Shown here: piece after piece, positions 25,781 to 35,524 of the stretch
How positions within the stretch are numbered: the first letter of the stretch is position 1
How the letters are laid out: each line of letters opens with the position of its first letter
DNA from: Candidatus Woesearchaeota archaeon
GTDB taxonomy: Archaea; Nanobdellota; Nanobdellia; Pacearchaeales; GW2011-AR1
Direction: 5' to 3'
NCBI GenBank assembly: GCA_964530955.1
Contig: CAZHCL010000003.1
Location: 1,153 to 65,152 of the forward strand
DNA length: 64,000 bases
Translations under genes and position numbers: made by a program
The notes under the pieces: generated by a model
Databases searched by the model: none
What the model was told of the DNA's origin: nothing
Seen by the model: the letters and a program-made list of their open reading frames with translations, nothing else

Positions 25781-27346
25781 TTAATCATTATTAGAATAGA
25801 ACGGTTTCTTAAATAATCCTAATGAAATAAGCTTTTTGTTTGAAATTTCTATAAGAATAGATAAATCTTTTTTATCAATTGCTTTCATTAAGAGTATGCT
25901 CGCGGTATATATCGCCACCCCGAAAACTACAAGAGCTACCCCATTGAACAAATTAATATCAGTTACCCTTGATTTGATTAATAGTAAAGCAAGAACCATT
26001 ATTATTGAAGATAAAATTGGCTTGATGATTAATTTTAGGTCTACTTTGATATTTAGTTTTCTTTTTGCAAGAATATAAAGACCGACACTATAAACTGTCC
26101 AGCAGAATACTGTTGCCATTGCTGCACCTGATATCGCTAAGGTAGTTGAATATCTCAAGAAGTAATTTATCAGAATATAGTTTAGGACAATATTTAATAA
26201 TATTATAAATATTAAAAGAGGCAGATACTCCTTTGGCTTTTCCTTTGCAGAGAATATGCTCAGGAATAGAGATACAAAGACTCCGAGAGGAATTATAGCG
26301 GCAAGATAAACCAAAGGTAATGTAGCACTAAGGTATTCTCTTCCATAAATAAATATCAGGAAGTATTTTCCCAATATTGCTATCCCGAATCCTGCAGGAA
26401 TAGAAATAATCATTGAATACTTAATAACTTTATTAAATACTCTTTCAAGACTCTGTTTTTCTACCTGAGTCAGTATGGGAAGAAGGACATAGCTTAGAGT
26501 TAGAAACCCGCCAATGCTAGAGACTAAAATAAAAGCAGCCCTGTAAAATCCAATATAACTTGCATCTTTAATAAGAAGACCTATCATTATTGTGTCTATA
26601 TAACCAAAAAAAGTGAAAGATAAAGAGCCCATAACAAGGTAAAACATGAATTTCCTTATCCTACTTTTTTCTTCTTCACTTATTGAAATAACTCTTCTAA
26701 TGAAATATTTCGCTTTCTTGCGTATCATGTAAAAATCGAATGAAAAAGTTATCAAAGAAGCAATGAATAATCCCGTCATTGCATATCCAACCTTAACATC
26801 TTTCGCAAATAAGGAGATTAGAATAACTATTACTATTCTGGAAATTTGATAGATTGACTCTTTCAGCGCTACATATTTTATGCTTTTCATAGCAAAGAAT
26901 AATGAGGCAAACAGGCTTTCAAAGGAAAGCAAAAGAATATAGAAAGCAGAAAGCAAAAGAGGCACAAAAATTAATGGTTTGTTAAATATATAAAATGAAA
27001 GAGGATAAGAAATAGCTAGTAGAAGAACGAAAGAAATTATGAATATGATTACTTTTAACTTTAGTACATATTGGAAATAGGCTGCCCCTTTTTTCTTATT
27101 TTTTAGTATAGCTGCAGAGACATATCGTATGACTACCTCATCTATCCCTCCGTATGAAAGAGCAAGAAATATGAAAGAAATAGATATTGCTAAGTTATAT
27201 ATTCCAAATTTTTCAGGCAGCAACAACCTTGCAAGAAGTATAGTAAAAACAATTCCTCCAGCCCTTTGGATTATAGAATAGAAAATGTTCCAAAATGAAC
27301 CTTTAATTACCTGAGACGTAAGCCTTTCCTTATTAACTTCAGCCAT
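25781..27346 (-). CDS. Wzx/MOP-family polysaccharide flippase, second copy
   Basis: 521 aa with ~14 TM helices. The N-terminus VIKGSFWNIFYSIIQRAGGIVFTILLARLLLPEKFGIY is typical of polysaccharide biosynthesis (Wzx/RfbX) proteins. Confidence 0.7.
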   Translation of the reverse strand: MAEVNKERLTSQVIKGSFWNIFYSIIQRAGGIVFTILLARLLLPEKFGIYNLAISISFIFLALSYGGIDEVVIRYVSAAILKNKKKGAAYFQYVLKLKVIIFIISFVLLLAISYPLSFYIFNKPLIFVPLLLSAFYILLLSFESLFASLFFAMKSIKYVALKESIYQISRIVIVILISLFAKDVKVGYAMTGLFIASLITFSFDFYMIRKKAKYFIRRVISISEEEKSRIRKFMFYLVMGSLSFTFFGYIDTIMIGLLIKDASYIGFYRAAFILVSSIGGFLTLSYVLLPILTQVEKQSLERVFNKVIKYSMIISIPAGFGIAILGKYFLIFIYGREYLSATLPLVYLAAIIPLGVFVSLFLSIFSAKEKPKEYLPLLIFIILLNIVLNYILINYFLRYSTTLAISGAAMATVFCWTVYSVGLYILAKRKLNIKVDLKLIIKPILSSIIMVLALLLIKSRVTDINLFNGVALVVFGVAIYTASILLMKAIDKKDLSILIEISNKKLISLGLFKKPFYSNND

Positions 27347-27478
27347 ATCAGATATCTCTCTTCCTTTTCATAAAAACATATCTTTTTTAGCTTTTTATTA
27401 TTATCTATCTTTAAACATTTAGCCAGTATATATTTATTGATTCATAAGATATAAAAATGAATAAATTTAACAGTATAT

Positions 27479-28822
27479 ATGAAAAAGAAGGATTATCTCT
27501 TGATTCTACTCTTTGCTCTCTTACTTATATTATTTGCAGTTTTTTCTAAGATAGTTGGTTTTCATGATAGTTTTGAGTACATTAATGTTGCAAAGAATCT
27601 CGCGGGCATAAAAAATGTTCCCATATTTAGCACGCATCCTATAATTTATCCGCTAATAACCTCGCTTTTTCTTAAAATCTGGCCAAGTTTAACAATGATA
27701 AAAATAATAAACGTGCTTTGGGTATTCTTAATTGGTCTGGTTCTCTTTCTAGTATGTAAGGATAGAAAAGCATTTATCCTATTCGCTTTCTCACCTCTTG
27801 TTTGGTATACCAGCATTCAAACGACTCCTGTGCTTCCAGCAGCGTTGTTTTTCTTACTGGCTTATTTCTTTTACAATAACGAATATAAATACAGCAAAGT
27901 AATGTCAGGTTTCTGCCTAGGCTTGGGGGTTGCATTTTATACACCCATGCTTCTTGTTGCAGCCATTTTTGTTCTAGTTTATTTCTGGAACAGTAAGCTG
28001 TCAGATGTTATAAAATTTTCAATAGCAATTGTAATAGGAATAATCCCTGAGCTAGTGATAGACTATCTGGTTTTCGGTAATCCTTTTTATTCATTTATTA
28101 GGTATGCTGGAACAAACGCGCTAGTGCTACTTGGTATAAATCCTAACATAGGAAGTGTTCAAGTAACCCAGCATCTGGAAGTTTTTCTGATTTTCATTGT
28201 TATATCTCCCCTATTGTTCAGGTTGCATAGATTAGAGTTTAAAAAATATAAAAAAGACGTTATTTTTCTAGCAACAATATTTTTAATCTTTTTTATTAGA
28301 GCAGGAATGCTGAAATATTTTTTGATTATCAGTCCAGTAGTGATATTACTCTTGGCTAAAGTTTTAACAGACAAAGAGATTAAATGGCACTGTTTAATAG
28401 CTATACCAATAATTTTACTTCTAACCATGGGATATTTCACATATGCCTACGAGACAAATTTAAAAAAAGATCTATCCTCTATAACAGAAGAATATAACCC
28501 TCAGATTGTAATCGCAGGAGGTTATGAAGCGAGCGGTTTAGCGGCCTTTTCATGGAAAAATGCTCCAAGAATAGAGTGGTTTGAAGATTATAACGCCAGT
28601 CTAGAAAATAGGAGCGTTCTCAGACAATACACTTTTAAGTTTGAGCCTAGAAATATTCAGTTGAATAACATTTTGGAATTTTCTGCTAAATTCTTGCCTC
28701 CAAACGAAACATACGGAAAGAATACTCTATTGATTTCCGCAGACAATAATCTCACTCTGCAAGGTTTCAGTAAAAAGGAATGTTATAAAATCCTTTGCGT
28801 TTATACAAATAATGCTAATTAA
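27479..28822 (+). CDS. Polytopic membrane protein, possible GT-C glycosyltransferase or glycan polymerase
   Basis: 447 aa: many TM helices followed by a ~120-aa soluble C-terminus. The first loop has HDSFEYINVAKNL (acidic D..E like GT-C loop 1). The call is weak. Confidence 0.35.
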   Translation: MKKKDYLLILLFALLLILFAVFSKIVGFHDSFEYINVAKNLAGIKNVPIFSTHPIIYPLITSLFLKIWPSLTMIKIINVLWVFLIGLVLFLVCKDRKAFILFAFSPLVWYTSIQTTPVLPAALFFLLAYFFYNNEYKYSKVMSGFCLGLGVAFYTPMLLVAAIFVLVYFWNSKLSDVIKFSIAIVIGIIPELVIDYLVFGNPFYSFIRYAGTNALVLLGINPNIGSVQVTQHLEVFLIFIVISPLLFRLHRLEFKKYKKDVIFLATIFLIFFIRAGMLKYFLIISPVVILLLAKVLTDKEIKWHCLIAIPIILLLTMGYFTYAYETNLKKDLSSITEEYNPQIVIAGGYEASGLAAFSWKNAPRIEWFEDYNASLENRSVLRQYTFKFEPRNIQLNNILEFSAKFLPPNETYGKNTLLISADNNLTLQGFSKKECYKILCVYTNNAN

Positions 28823-28827
28823 CCAAA

Positions 28828-29370
28828 ATGGGACAAAAAAATTGGAAAAAAATTGATGAAAGAGTAGTTTATTCAGGTTATCGTAAAATGTTAAGAAGAA
28901 GATTTGTTATGCCCAACAATAAAGAAGAGGACTATGATATTGTATCTGGCTCAGACGCTGTTAACATCTTTTGTGTAACTGAAAAGAACAAGGTAGTTTT
29001 AATAGAGCAGTTCAGACCGGGACCAGAAAAAGTTTTAAGAATCACTCCGGGAGGATTATTAGGTGAAAGTGAAAAACCATTGGATGCTGCAAAAAGAGAG
29101 CTACTTGAGGAAACAGGGTATATCGGAGAATTTGTATATCTAGGATCTTATCTCACCTGGGCATATTCCACTGAAAAAGTTTATTGTTTCATAGCAACAA
29201 ACTGCAAAAAAAAGAAAAATTCTAATCACTCAACCGACCCAAATGAATTCATCAATATAGTTGAAATTCCATTAACCAAATTAAAAGAAGAGATAAAAAA
29301 AGGCAAAATTGCCAGAACGAACGACCTATTGTCCGTTTATATGGGTTTAGAGTACCTATCTTTGATTTAG
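28828..29370 (+). CDS. NUDIX hydrolase (ADP-ribose/NDP-sugar pyrophosphatase-like)
   Basis: Nudix box GGLLGESEKPLDAAKRELLEETGY (G-x5-E-x7-REUxEExGU). Confidence 0.8.
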   Translation: MGQKNWKKIDERVVYSGYRKMLRRRFVMPNNKEEDYDIVSGSDAVNIFCVTEKNKVVLIEQFRPGPEKVLRITPGGLLGESEKPLDAAKRELLEETGYIGEFVYLGSYLTWAYSTEKVYCFIATNCKKKKNSNHSTDPNEFINIVEIPLTKLKEEIKKGKIARTNDLLSVYMGLEYLSLI

Positions 29371-30623
29371 CCAATTATTCTCGGCTCTGGGAGAGGAATA
29401 ATAAATTTACCTTTAAATCCTTTATCTCTTAACTTTGGGGCTAATTCATCACCTATATGCCAAGAAAACAGCAAAGCATAGTCTGGCTGATCTTCAAAAA
29501 GTTTAGATTCTTCCAATATGGGAATAAGCGTTCCAGGAACATATTTTCCAATCTTATGCGATCCATTTACTTCCATTATAGCATCTATAATTCCATCATC
29601 TAATCCAGTATAATTAATCAATGTGCTTGCTCTGGAAGGAGCTCCAATCCCATATATCCTTTTATTATTTTTCTTTATATCTTCTAACAAAGAGTATAGT
29701 TTAATTTTTGAGAGAACGACCTTATCTTTGAAAATTTTAAACTTTTCCATGGTTAAAGAAGACTTTTCTTGTTCAAGAATCTGTTTAACGCTATCTCTAA
29801 CAGGATATTTTCCTTTTCTTGCGGCATATACTCTGATGGAACCTCCATGTGAAGGTATCTCTTTAGCATGAAAAACTTCAAGACCATGTCTTTCCAAGAG
29901 ATTTTTTAAGCTACTAAGGGAATAATACCTCAGATGCTCATGATAAATAGTATCATACTGAAGAGTCTCAATAAACCTGTAAAGGTAATGAGACTCTGAG
30001 ATAAACACTCCATTTTCATCAAGCAATTCAAGAATCAAATCAGTGATATGATTGACATTTTCTATATGCGCAAAAACATTCGTCGCAGTGATGATTTTTG
30101 CCTTGCCTTGTTCTTTCTTAACTTTTTCAACCACCTCTTTCGTAAAATAATCTATCACAGTAGGTATTCCCTTTTGTATTGCAATTTCACCAATCTTTTC
30201 AGGAGTAATACCGAGCACCCTATGATTATCCTTAAAGTTAGTCAGCAGGTTACCATCATTTGAACCAATATCAACAATAAGATCTTCCTTTCCCAAATTT
30301 ATCAACTTAGTGCATTCACTATATAATTCCTTAAAATTCTCCCTCAATACTTTAGTAGTACTGCTAGTATAGGGATATTCTGATGGAAAGAGTATTTGTG
30401 CATCAACCACCAGACCCAATTGCACCAACTGGCACTTATCACAATAAAGCATTTGAGCAGGATAGCTTTGTTCTTCCTTGGGCTTGTCACCAATTTTTCT
30501 CATAGTATTCACAGGTGGCAAAAAACCAAGAAAGATAATAGGTTCCAAACTAGTGTTTCCACAAACTTGACATTCGCTCACAACAACGCTTGTGCCTTTT
30601 TTGAATACCTCAGTATCAGCCAT
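29367..30623 (-). CDS. NDP-hexose C-methyltransferase (Methyltransf_13/14 architecture)
   Basis: N-terminal Zn-ribbon CQVCGN...CDKCQLVQL, then SAM motif IVDIGSNDGNLL, then a C-terminal C-methyltransferase-type domain. The start was set to the ATG at 30623 (the ORF track begins one codon earlier at GTG). TATA box TTTATAAA lies 21 nt upstream. Confidence 0.75.
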   Translation of the reverse strand: MADTEVFKKGTSVVVSECQVCGNTSLEPIIFLGFLPPVNTMRKIGDKPKEEQSYPAQMLYCDKCQLVQLGLVVDAQILFPSEYPYTSSTTKVLRENFKELYSECTKLINLGKEDLIVDIGSNDGNLLTNFKDNHRVLGITPEKIGEIAIQKGIPTVIDYFTKEVVEKVKKEQGKAKIITATNVFAHIENVNHITDLILELLDENGVFISESHYLYRFIETLQYDTIYHEHLRYYSLSSLKNLLERHGLEVFHAKEIPSHGGSIRVYAARKGKYPVRDSVKQILEQEKSSLTMEKFKIFKDKVVLSKIKLYSLLEDIKKNNKRIYGIGAPSRASTLINYTGLDDGIIDAIMEVNGSHKIGKYVPGTLIPILEESKLFEDQPDYALLFSWHIGDELAPKLRDKGFKGKFIIPLPEPRIIG

Positions 30624-30644
30624 CACTTCATTATTAGCCCTTCG

Positions 30645-30652
30645 TTTATAAA
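30645..30652 (-). promoter_or_regulatory. TATA box TTTATAAA for the C-methyltransferase gene
   Basis: 21-nt spacer to the ATG at 30623. Confidence 0.55.
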
Positions 30653-30700
30653 TTTATTGTTCTTTTATTACATAATGGGTTTTTTTAGCCTAAACAAAAA

Positions 30701-30708
30701 TTTATATA
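30701..30708 (+). promoter_or_regulatory. TATA box TTTATATA for the SDR epimerase gene
   Basis: 21-nt spacer to the ATG at 30730. Confidence 0.55.
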
Positions 30709-30729
30709 TGGTTGCATCATAAAAATCAA

Positions 30730-31713
30730 ATGATAAAGAGTGCCCTAATAGTCGGTGGAGCAGGATTTATAGGTTTTCATCTAGCTAAGCATCTTGCCGA
30801 ACAAAATTACGATATTGTTATTCTTGACAATTTTTCTAGGGGTAAGGAGGATAGAGAGTTTAATGAATTAATAAGGAAGGACAATGTTAAATTTATTTTA
30901 GGGGATGTTACTAACTATAAAACTTTTGAAAATCTCAAGCAAGATTTTGATTATATTTATTATCTGGCAGCCATTAACGGGACAGAAAACTTCTATAAGA
31001 GACCACATGAAGTATTAAAAGTAGGTATACTAGGAGTAATTAATGTCCTTGAATGGTTTGTCAAGCAAAAAAAAGGGAAGTTACTATTCTCTTCAAGTTC
31101 CGAGGCTTATGCGGGAGCAATGAATCTTTTAGGAGATTCTTTCCCAATACCCACTCCTGAAGAGGTACCTCTTGTTGTAGAAGATCCAAAAAATGTGAGG
31201 TGGAGTTATGGGGGCAGCAAAATAATTAGCGAAGTCGCCATTCATTCATATGCGAAAGTGTTTGACATGAAAAATTTTACAATTGTAAGATATCATAACA
31301 TTTATGGTCCAAGAATGGGTTTTGAGCATGTTATACCTCAGTTTATTGGCAGAATCAATAAGTTAAATGGAAGTTTTGATATTTTTGGAGGCAAAGAAAC
31401 AAGAGCATTCTGCTATGTGTCTGATGCGGTTAGGGCCACCCAGATGATGATGGAAAATCCTCTTACAGATGGTGAAACAATAAATATAGGACGAGACGAT
31501 TCTGAAATTAAAATATCCGATTTAGCAAAAAATTTATTCAAAATAGCTAATGTAAACCCTACTATTAATACAAAACCTGCGCCAGAGGGCTGCGTAATGA
31601 GGAGGTGCCCAGACGTAACAAAATTGAGAAAATTTGGTTTCTCTCCAGTTGTTAATCTCAAAGAAGGTCTCAAATTAACTTATGATTGGTATAAAGAAAA
31701 TCCAAAAGACTAA
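30730..31713 (+). CDS. NAD-dependent nucleotide-sugar epimerase/dehydratase (extended SDR)
   Basis: ALIVGGAGFIGFHL (GxxGxxG) and WSYGGSKIISE (YxxxK). The start was set to the ATG at 30730 rather than the TTG at 30712 because TATA box TTTATATA (30701-30708) is 21 nt upstream of this ATG. Confidence 0.8.
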   Translation: MIKSALIVGGAGFIGFHLAKHLAEQNYDIVILDNFSRGKEDREFNELIRKDNVKFILGDVTNYKTFENLKQDFDYIYYLAAINGTENFYKRPHEVLKVGILGVINVLEWFVKQKKGKLLFSSSSEAYAGAMNLLGDSFPIPTPEEVPLVVEDPKNVRWSYGGSKIISEVAIHSYAKVFDMKNFTIVRYHNIYGPRMGFEHVIPQFIGRINKLNGSFDIFGGKETRAFCYVSDAVRATQMMMENPLTDGETINIGRDDSEIKISDLAKNLFKIANVNPTINTKPAPEGCVMRRCPDVTKLRKFGFSPVVNLKEGLKLTYDWYKENPKD

Positions 31714-32477
31714 ATTCTCATAACTTTTCGATTGCCACTCTTTCTGACTTCTTTAAATCCTCTGAAAAAAAACTTAAGGTATTCTATTATCCATGGTCCG
31801 ACTGAAAAGCTAGATTTTCCGCCATAAAACCTGTTTATTGATATCATCGGAACTTCACCAAGCCTCATGTTCTCTCTTTGAGATATAATCGCCAGTTCAA
31901 AACCTATTGACCAACCCACCTTAGCCTTGAATTCCATATTCTTGAATTTAGATATCCTAAGCATCTTAATTCCATTTGTTGAATCAGTGAATGTGCGCGA
32001 CCCAAAAGAATAAAATATCTTGTTTGCCATTCTGGATAAAATTCTTTCTATAAACGAGCCTCCGTAAACTCTACCCCCATAAGAGTATCTGGTGCAACCA
32101 ACAATATCGCAACCTTCATCCATTAATTTAATTATTTTTTCAAGTTAAATAAGAGGACCAGAGTCATCTGCAGTCATTATAAATGCATATTTGCCTTTTG
32201 CCTCGTTAAGTCCAGTCTTTATAGCATTAGCGACGCCTCTTCCATAGCCATTTTTTACAAGCCTCAAATTTGAATATTGTGTCTGTAATTTTTTTACTAC
32301 TGGAACGCTGTCATCTTCATCAAAATCATACAATATAAGTATTTCATCTTCTTTTCCAAGAGTAGACTCAATAAATCTTATCATCATCTTAAGATTGACT
32401 CCTTCGTTAAAAACCGGAATTAGCACGGACAACTTTTTTCTTTCTCTATTTATTTTTTTCATTTTATCTTTTTCCAT
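31710..32477 (-). pseudogene. GT2 (DPM1-like) glycosyltransferase interrupted by one in-frame TAA
   Basis: ORFs 32145-32477 and 31710-32123 are in the same frame. The joined reading is ...FIMTADDSGPLI*LEKIIKLMDEGCDIVGCTRYSYGG..., which is collinear with a single GT2 (LSVLIPVFNEG ... ADD ... GSRY-like). The stop codon is at 32145-32147. Confidence 0.75.
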
Positions 32478-33195
32478 AAATTACAATTTAATGATGAATC
32501 CTTAGGTATGTTAAACTTTAAATCTTTTATTAATTCTTCAAACATGCATGAGCTTATATCCAGGTTTATTTCTTTATGCCTTTGGTACTCAGATTTTCTC
32601 TCCCCTCCCACATTTACCGTACCTATGAAATTTGATTCTAGTAAAACAGATATTGCCTTTACCATTTCCGAGATAGTTATTTTAGAGGTAAACAAATCCC
32701 TAGGGTATTTGTTAAAGCGGTTCTCAGTAGGATCAAAGAATCTTGCTCTGATTATGCAGAAGTTCGGAAGTAAATTTACCGAGCATTCAGCTCCGAGCTT
32801 CGACCATCCATACTTATTCACAGGAATTGCAGCGTCGGTTTCAGAATAATCTCCTTTTGAACCCCCATAAACCCCATCGGTTGAAATGTGTATAAATCTA
32901 ATTTCATTCTCCTTTTTCTGTTCAATAATCTCGCTGACCAAATTTGCGGTTCCTTTTATGTTAGTTTCGATGGCAGCAGCAGGATCTTTTTCGCAAACCA
33001 CCATCCTAGCTATGGCCGCGCAATTTATAACCGCATCAATTTTATTCTCGCTGAGAAATTTTTTTATTGTTTCAGGCTTTGTCAAATCCAGCTCTTATGA
33101 GTTGGAAGAATAATATTTTCAAACAAACCTGATTTCACTATCTGACTTCCAAGTTTACCCGAGGCCCCAGTAATCAAGATAGATCTAAGCTTCAT
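32459..33195 (-). pseudogene. RmlD-like (dTDP-4-dehydrorhamnose reductase family) SDR with a 1-nt frameshift after codon 34
   Basis: The ATG at 33195 gives MKLRSILITGASGKLGSQIVKSGLFENIILPTHK (Rossmann GxxGxxG), then a stop at 33082-33084. The rest (ELDLTKPETIKKFLSENKIDAVINCAA...YGWSKLGAE, YxxxK) continues in another frame from 33094. The ATG sits 1 nt after the upstream gene's stop, which is operon-like. Confidence 0.7.
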
Positions 33196-33196
33196 A

Positions 33197-34384
33197 TTAA
33201 TGGGTCTTTATAACTCCCCATAGGTCAATTAAATCCTTAACATTGTCCGGTAAAGTAAGATTTTTGTAAGCAGAATGAGGAACACCGACTAAAACTATCT
33301 CGCATTTTTTCATCAATTCTTCCTTTGAGACAAAATCTGGATTCTTAGCAAACTCATCTGAATAGTAAACTTCCGCTCCGTGGAATCTAAGTATCTTGCC
33401 CAGCTTAAATGACAAAGAGTCTCTAATATCATCTATATCTGCTTTAAATGCCATTCCGAGTATTCCTATTTTTTTCTTATGTAAATCTCCATACTTGCGC
33501 TTTAAGTTTTCAACTAAGAAATTAGGAAGACCTTCATTTATTATCATGGCTGCATGTCCCAAAAGAAAATTTGAACTGTCAAAAGATGCTAACTGCATAG
33601 TATCTTTCAAAAGACAAGGACCAGCTGCAAAGCCTGCTGATGGAAGATTAGCTAACCTGCCATAGCTTTCCATCATCGACTTTCTTAGATTATCGTAATC
33701 AACATCAAATCTTTTAGATATCATATAAAACTGGTTAGCGACCGCAAATTGAATATATCTCCAAGCATTGGAAAATAGTTTTATCAGTTCTGCTTCTTTT
33801 ATGGTTGTGTTTATTACTTTAGGTGAAATTGATTTGAATAATTCACTTGCTTCTTTAGATGCTTGCTCGGTAATCCCAGAAACAATCTGGGGAAGTTCTG
33901 AAAGTTCCTTTATTGCATATCCTTGAACTATCCTTTCAGGACAATAAGCTATCTTCCATTTCTTTTCCTCACCAAACAATTTATTAATTTGTTCGCATGT
34001 ATTAGGATAAACTGTGCTTCTTATTACTATCAACTGATTCTCATTTATATAAGGCTTAAAAGTTTTCATTACCTCCAAAAATTCCCTGGTTTTTGGGTTT
34101 AGGTATTCATCTATAGGCGTGCCTATGCAAAATATTATTGTTTTAGCTTTTGAAACTATTTCTTTGTCAAGAGAAACCTTTAAGTTACCACTGGATATAA
34201 CCTCTTTTAAAAGAGGTTCTGAACCATATTCAATAAAAGGCATTACTCCATTCATAATCGATAAAGCCTTTTCCTGATCTCTATCTAATAAAGTAACTTT
34301 GAAGCCTTTTTTTGCGAGCATTATTCCGAGAGGCAGACCTACATGCCCCAATCCACCGACAACAACTAATCCATTTTCTTCCAT
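33197..34384 (-). CDS. Nucleotide-sugar dehydrogenase (UDP-glucose/GDP-mannose dehydrogenase family)
   Basis: LVVVGGLGHVGLPLG (GxGxxG) and GFAAGPCLLKDT (catalytic Cys context). The start was set to the ATG at 34384 because a TATA box (revcomp TTTATAAT, 34406-34413) is 21 nt upstream. Confidence 0.8.
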   Translation of the reverse strand: MEENGLVVVGGLGHVGLPLGIMLAKKGFKVTLLDRDQEKALSIMNGVMPFIEYGSEPLLKEVISSGNLKVSLDKEIVSKAKTIIFCIGTPIDEYLNPKTREFLEVMKTFKPYINENQLIVIRSTVYPNTCEQINKLFGEEKKWKIAYCPERIVQGYAIKELSELPQIVSGITEQASKEASELFKSISPKVINTTIKEAELIKLFSNAWRYIQFAVANQFYMISKRFDVDYDNLRKSMMESYGRLANLPSAGFAAGPCLLKDTMQLASFDSSNFLLGHAAMIINEGLPNFLVENLKRKYGDLHKKKIGILGMAFKADIDDIRDSLSFKLGKILRFHGAEVYYSDEFAKNPDFVSKEELMKKCEIVLVGVPHSAYKNLTLPDNVKDLIDLWGVIKTH

Positions 34385-34405
34385 CAATTTCCTTAATTTA
34401 TTAAT

Positions 34406-34413
34406 ATTATAAA
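34406..34413 (-). promoter_or_regulatory. TATA box (TTTATAAT on minus strand) for the dehydrogenase / RmlD-like / GT2 operon
   Basis: 21-nt spacer to the ATG at 34384. Confidence 0.5.
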
Positions 34414-34502
34414 CATTACTATGATATAAAAACAAGGGTCTATTTTTGAATTATTGTTTCATAAATCCAAAACATTAAAAACCTTTTATTCAATGATTTT
34501 TT

Positions 34503-34781
34503 ATGGTTTTAGTTAAAATACTTGGTGCGTTGGACCTTTTTTCCTGCTTTGTATTCTTAATGCTGAACTTTGGAATACCTCCCTATTTTCAAGTGGTTTT
34601 GTTCTGTGCGGGATTACTTTTCCTAAAGGGGCTTTTTGTGTTGAGGGGAGAGCCATTAAGCATCATTGACTTATTTTCATCCCTTGTTCTTTTGCTTTCA
34701 TTGGGATTCCATGTTTCTCCAATTTTGCTCTGGATACCTTCTTTCTTGCTTCTGGCAAAAGGAATAGTAAGCTTCTTTTAG
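34503..34781 (+). CDS. Small membrane protein (3 TM), unknown function
   Basis: 92-aa hydrophobic ORF. An AT-rich box ATTAAAAA lies 21 nt upstream. Confidence 0.4.
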   Translation: MVLVKILGALDLFSCFVFLMLNFGIPPYFQVVLFCAGLLFLKGLFVLRGEPLSIIDLFSSLVLLLSLGFHVSPILLWIPSFLLLAKGIVSFF

Positions 34782-34804
34782 TTTTTTGAGAATTTAATTA
34801 AGAA

Positions 34805-35494
34805 TCACTTTTTCTTTGCATTCGTCTTAACCTTGTTTTCTTTAGGAGATTGCTTTGAAAGTGCATCTTTCTCTTTCTCTATTGCCTGTTCTAAATCATC
34901 AAGCTTCTTTATCTGTAGGGCAACATCTTTCTTTGACATTTTAGGATTCTCTGCTGCTCCCCCTCCAGCCTGTGCCTGCAACTTGCCTTTAAACTGCTCA
35001 GGGCTCATTTTCTGGACAAAATCCATTATAGACTTCTTTTCCATCTTAAGAACAGTCTTCGATGTATCCTCCACATGCGCATTTAATATAGTCATTCCAG
35101 ACAAAACACAGCTAAGGTTCCATACTTTTTTACCTTCAACATTTTGTATTATTGCAATAATCTTCTTTATGTCCGCAGTTATACTTCTGTTCTTCATTTC
35201 ATCTTCAAGAATACCGGGTATCTGGTCAAGATCAATATTTGTTTTCAAATCAAGTTTGTCAGGTACTTTTGAGTTCATAAGGTCAAGCATCTGCATAGTT
35301 ACTCCCTTATCAAGTGTAAAAGCAGCAATTTTCTTCTTATCAGGAACATAATAGTCAATCTGATGAACATTTTTGCCCTCTTCCATGTCCAAGACAAAGA
35401 ATCCTGCAACAATAAAAGTATTTTTGAACTCTTTTTGAAAATTCTTGAATACATCTGATTCATTCAGTTTTGTTACGTATGGTGCAATTTTCAT
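34805..35494 (-). CDS. Hypothetical protein with a Lys-rich coiled-coil tail
   Basis: 229-aa ORF with non-repetitive globular N-terminal ~170 aa and a C-terminal charged tail (KKLDDLEQAIEKEKDALSKQSPKENKVKTNAKKK). The antisense ORF 34833-35351 is low complexity. Confidence 0.5.
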   Translation of the reverse strand: MKIAPYVTKLNESDVFKNFQKEFKNTFIVAGFFVLDMEEGKNVHQIDYYVPDKKKIAAFTLDKGVTMQMLDLMNSKVPDKLDLKTNIDLDQIPGILEDEMKNRSITADIKKIIAIIQNVEGKKVWNLSCVLSGMTILNAHVEDTSKTVLKMEKKSIMDFVQKMSPEQFKGKLQAQAGGGAAENPKMSKKDVALQIKKLDDLEQAIEKEKDALSKQSPKENKVKTNAKKK

Positions 35495-35524
35495 TTTTAT
35501 CTTTTTTTATTTAGCTATTTAGGT

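Noticed and set aside
32145-32147. TAA reassigned as a sense codon (alternative genetic code)
   Set aside because: TAA is the terminator of many clearly complete genes in this window (for example the ORFs ending at 2030, 4871 and 5886). Genome-wide reassignment is therefore not tenable. Nonsense mutation or sequencing error is the simpler explanation.
33082-33100. Programmed ribosomal frameshift in the RmlD-like gene
   Set aside because: There is no slippery homopolymer or X-XXY-YYZ heptamer and no obvious downstream structure. The sequence (catAAGAGCTGG) looks like a simple 1-nt deletion.
34833-35351. 172-aa plus-strand ORF
   Set aside because: It is antisense to the 229-aa gene 34805-35494. 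It is an S/F/I-rich low-complexity translation typical of the reverse frame of a K/E-rich gene in AT-rich DNA.
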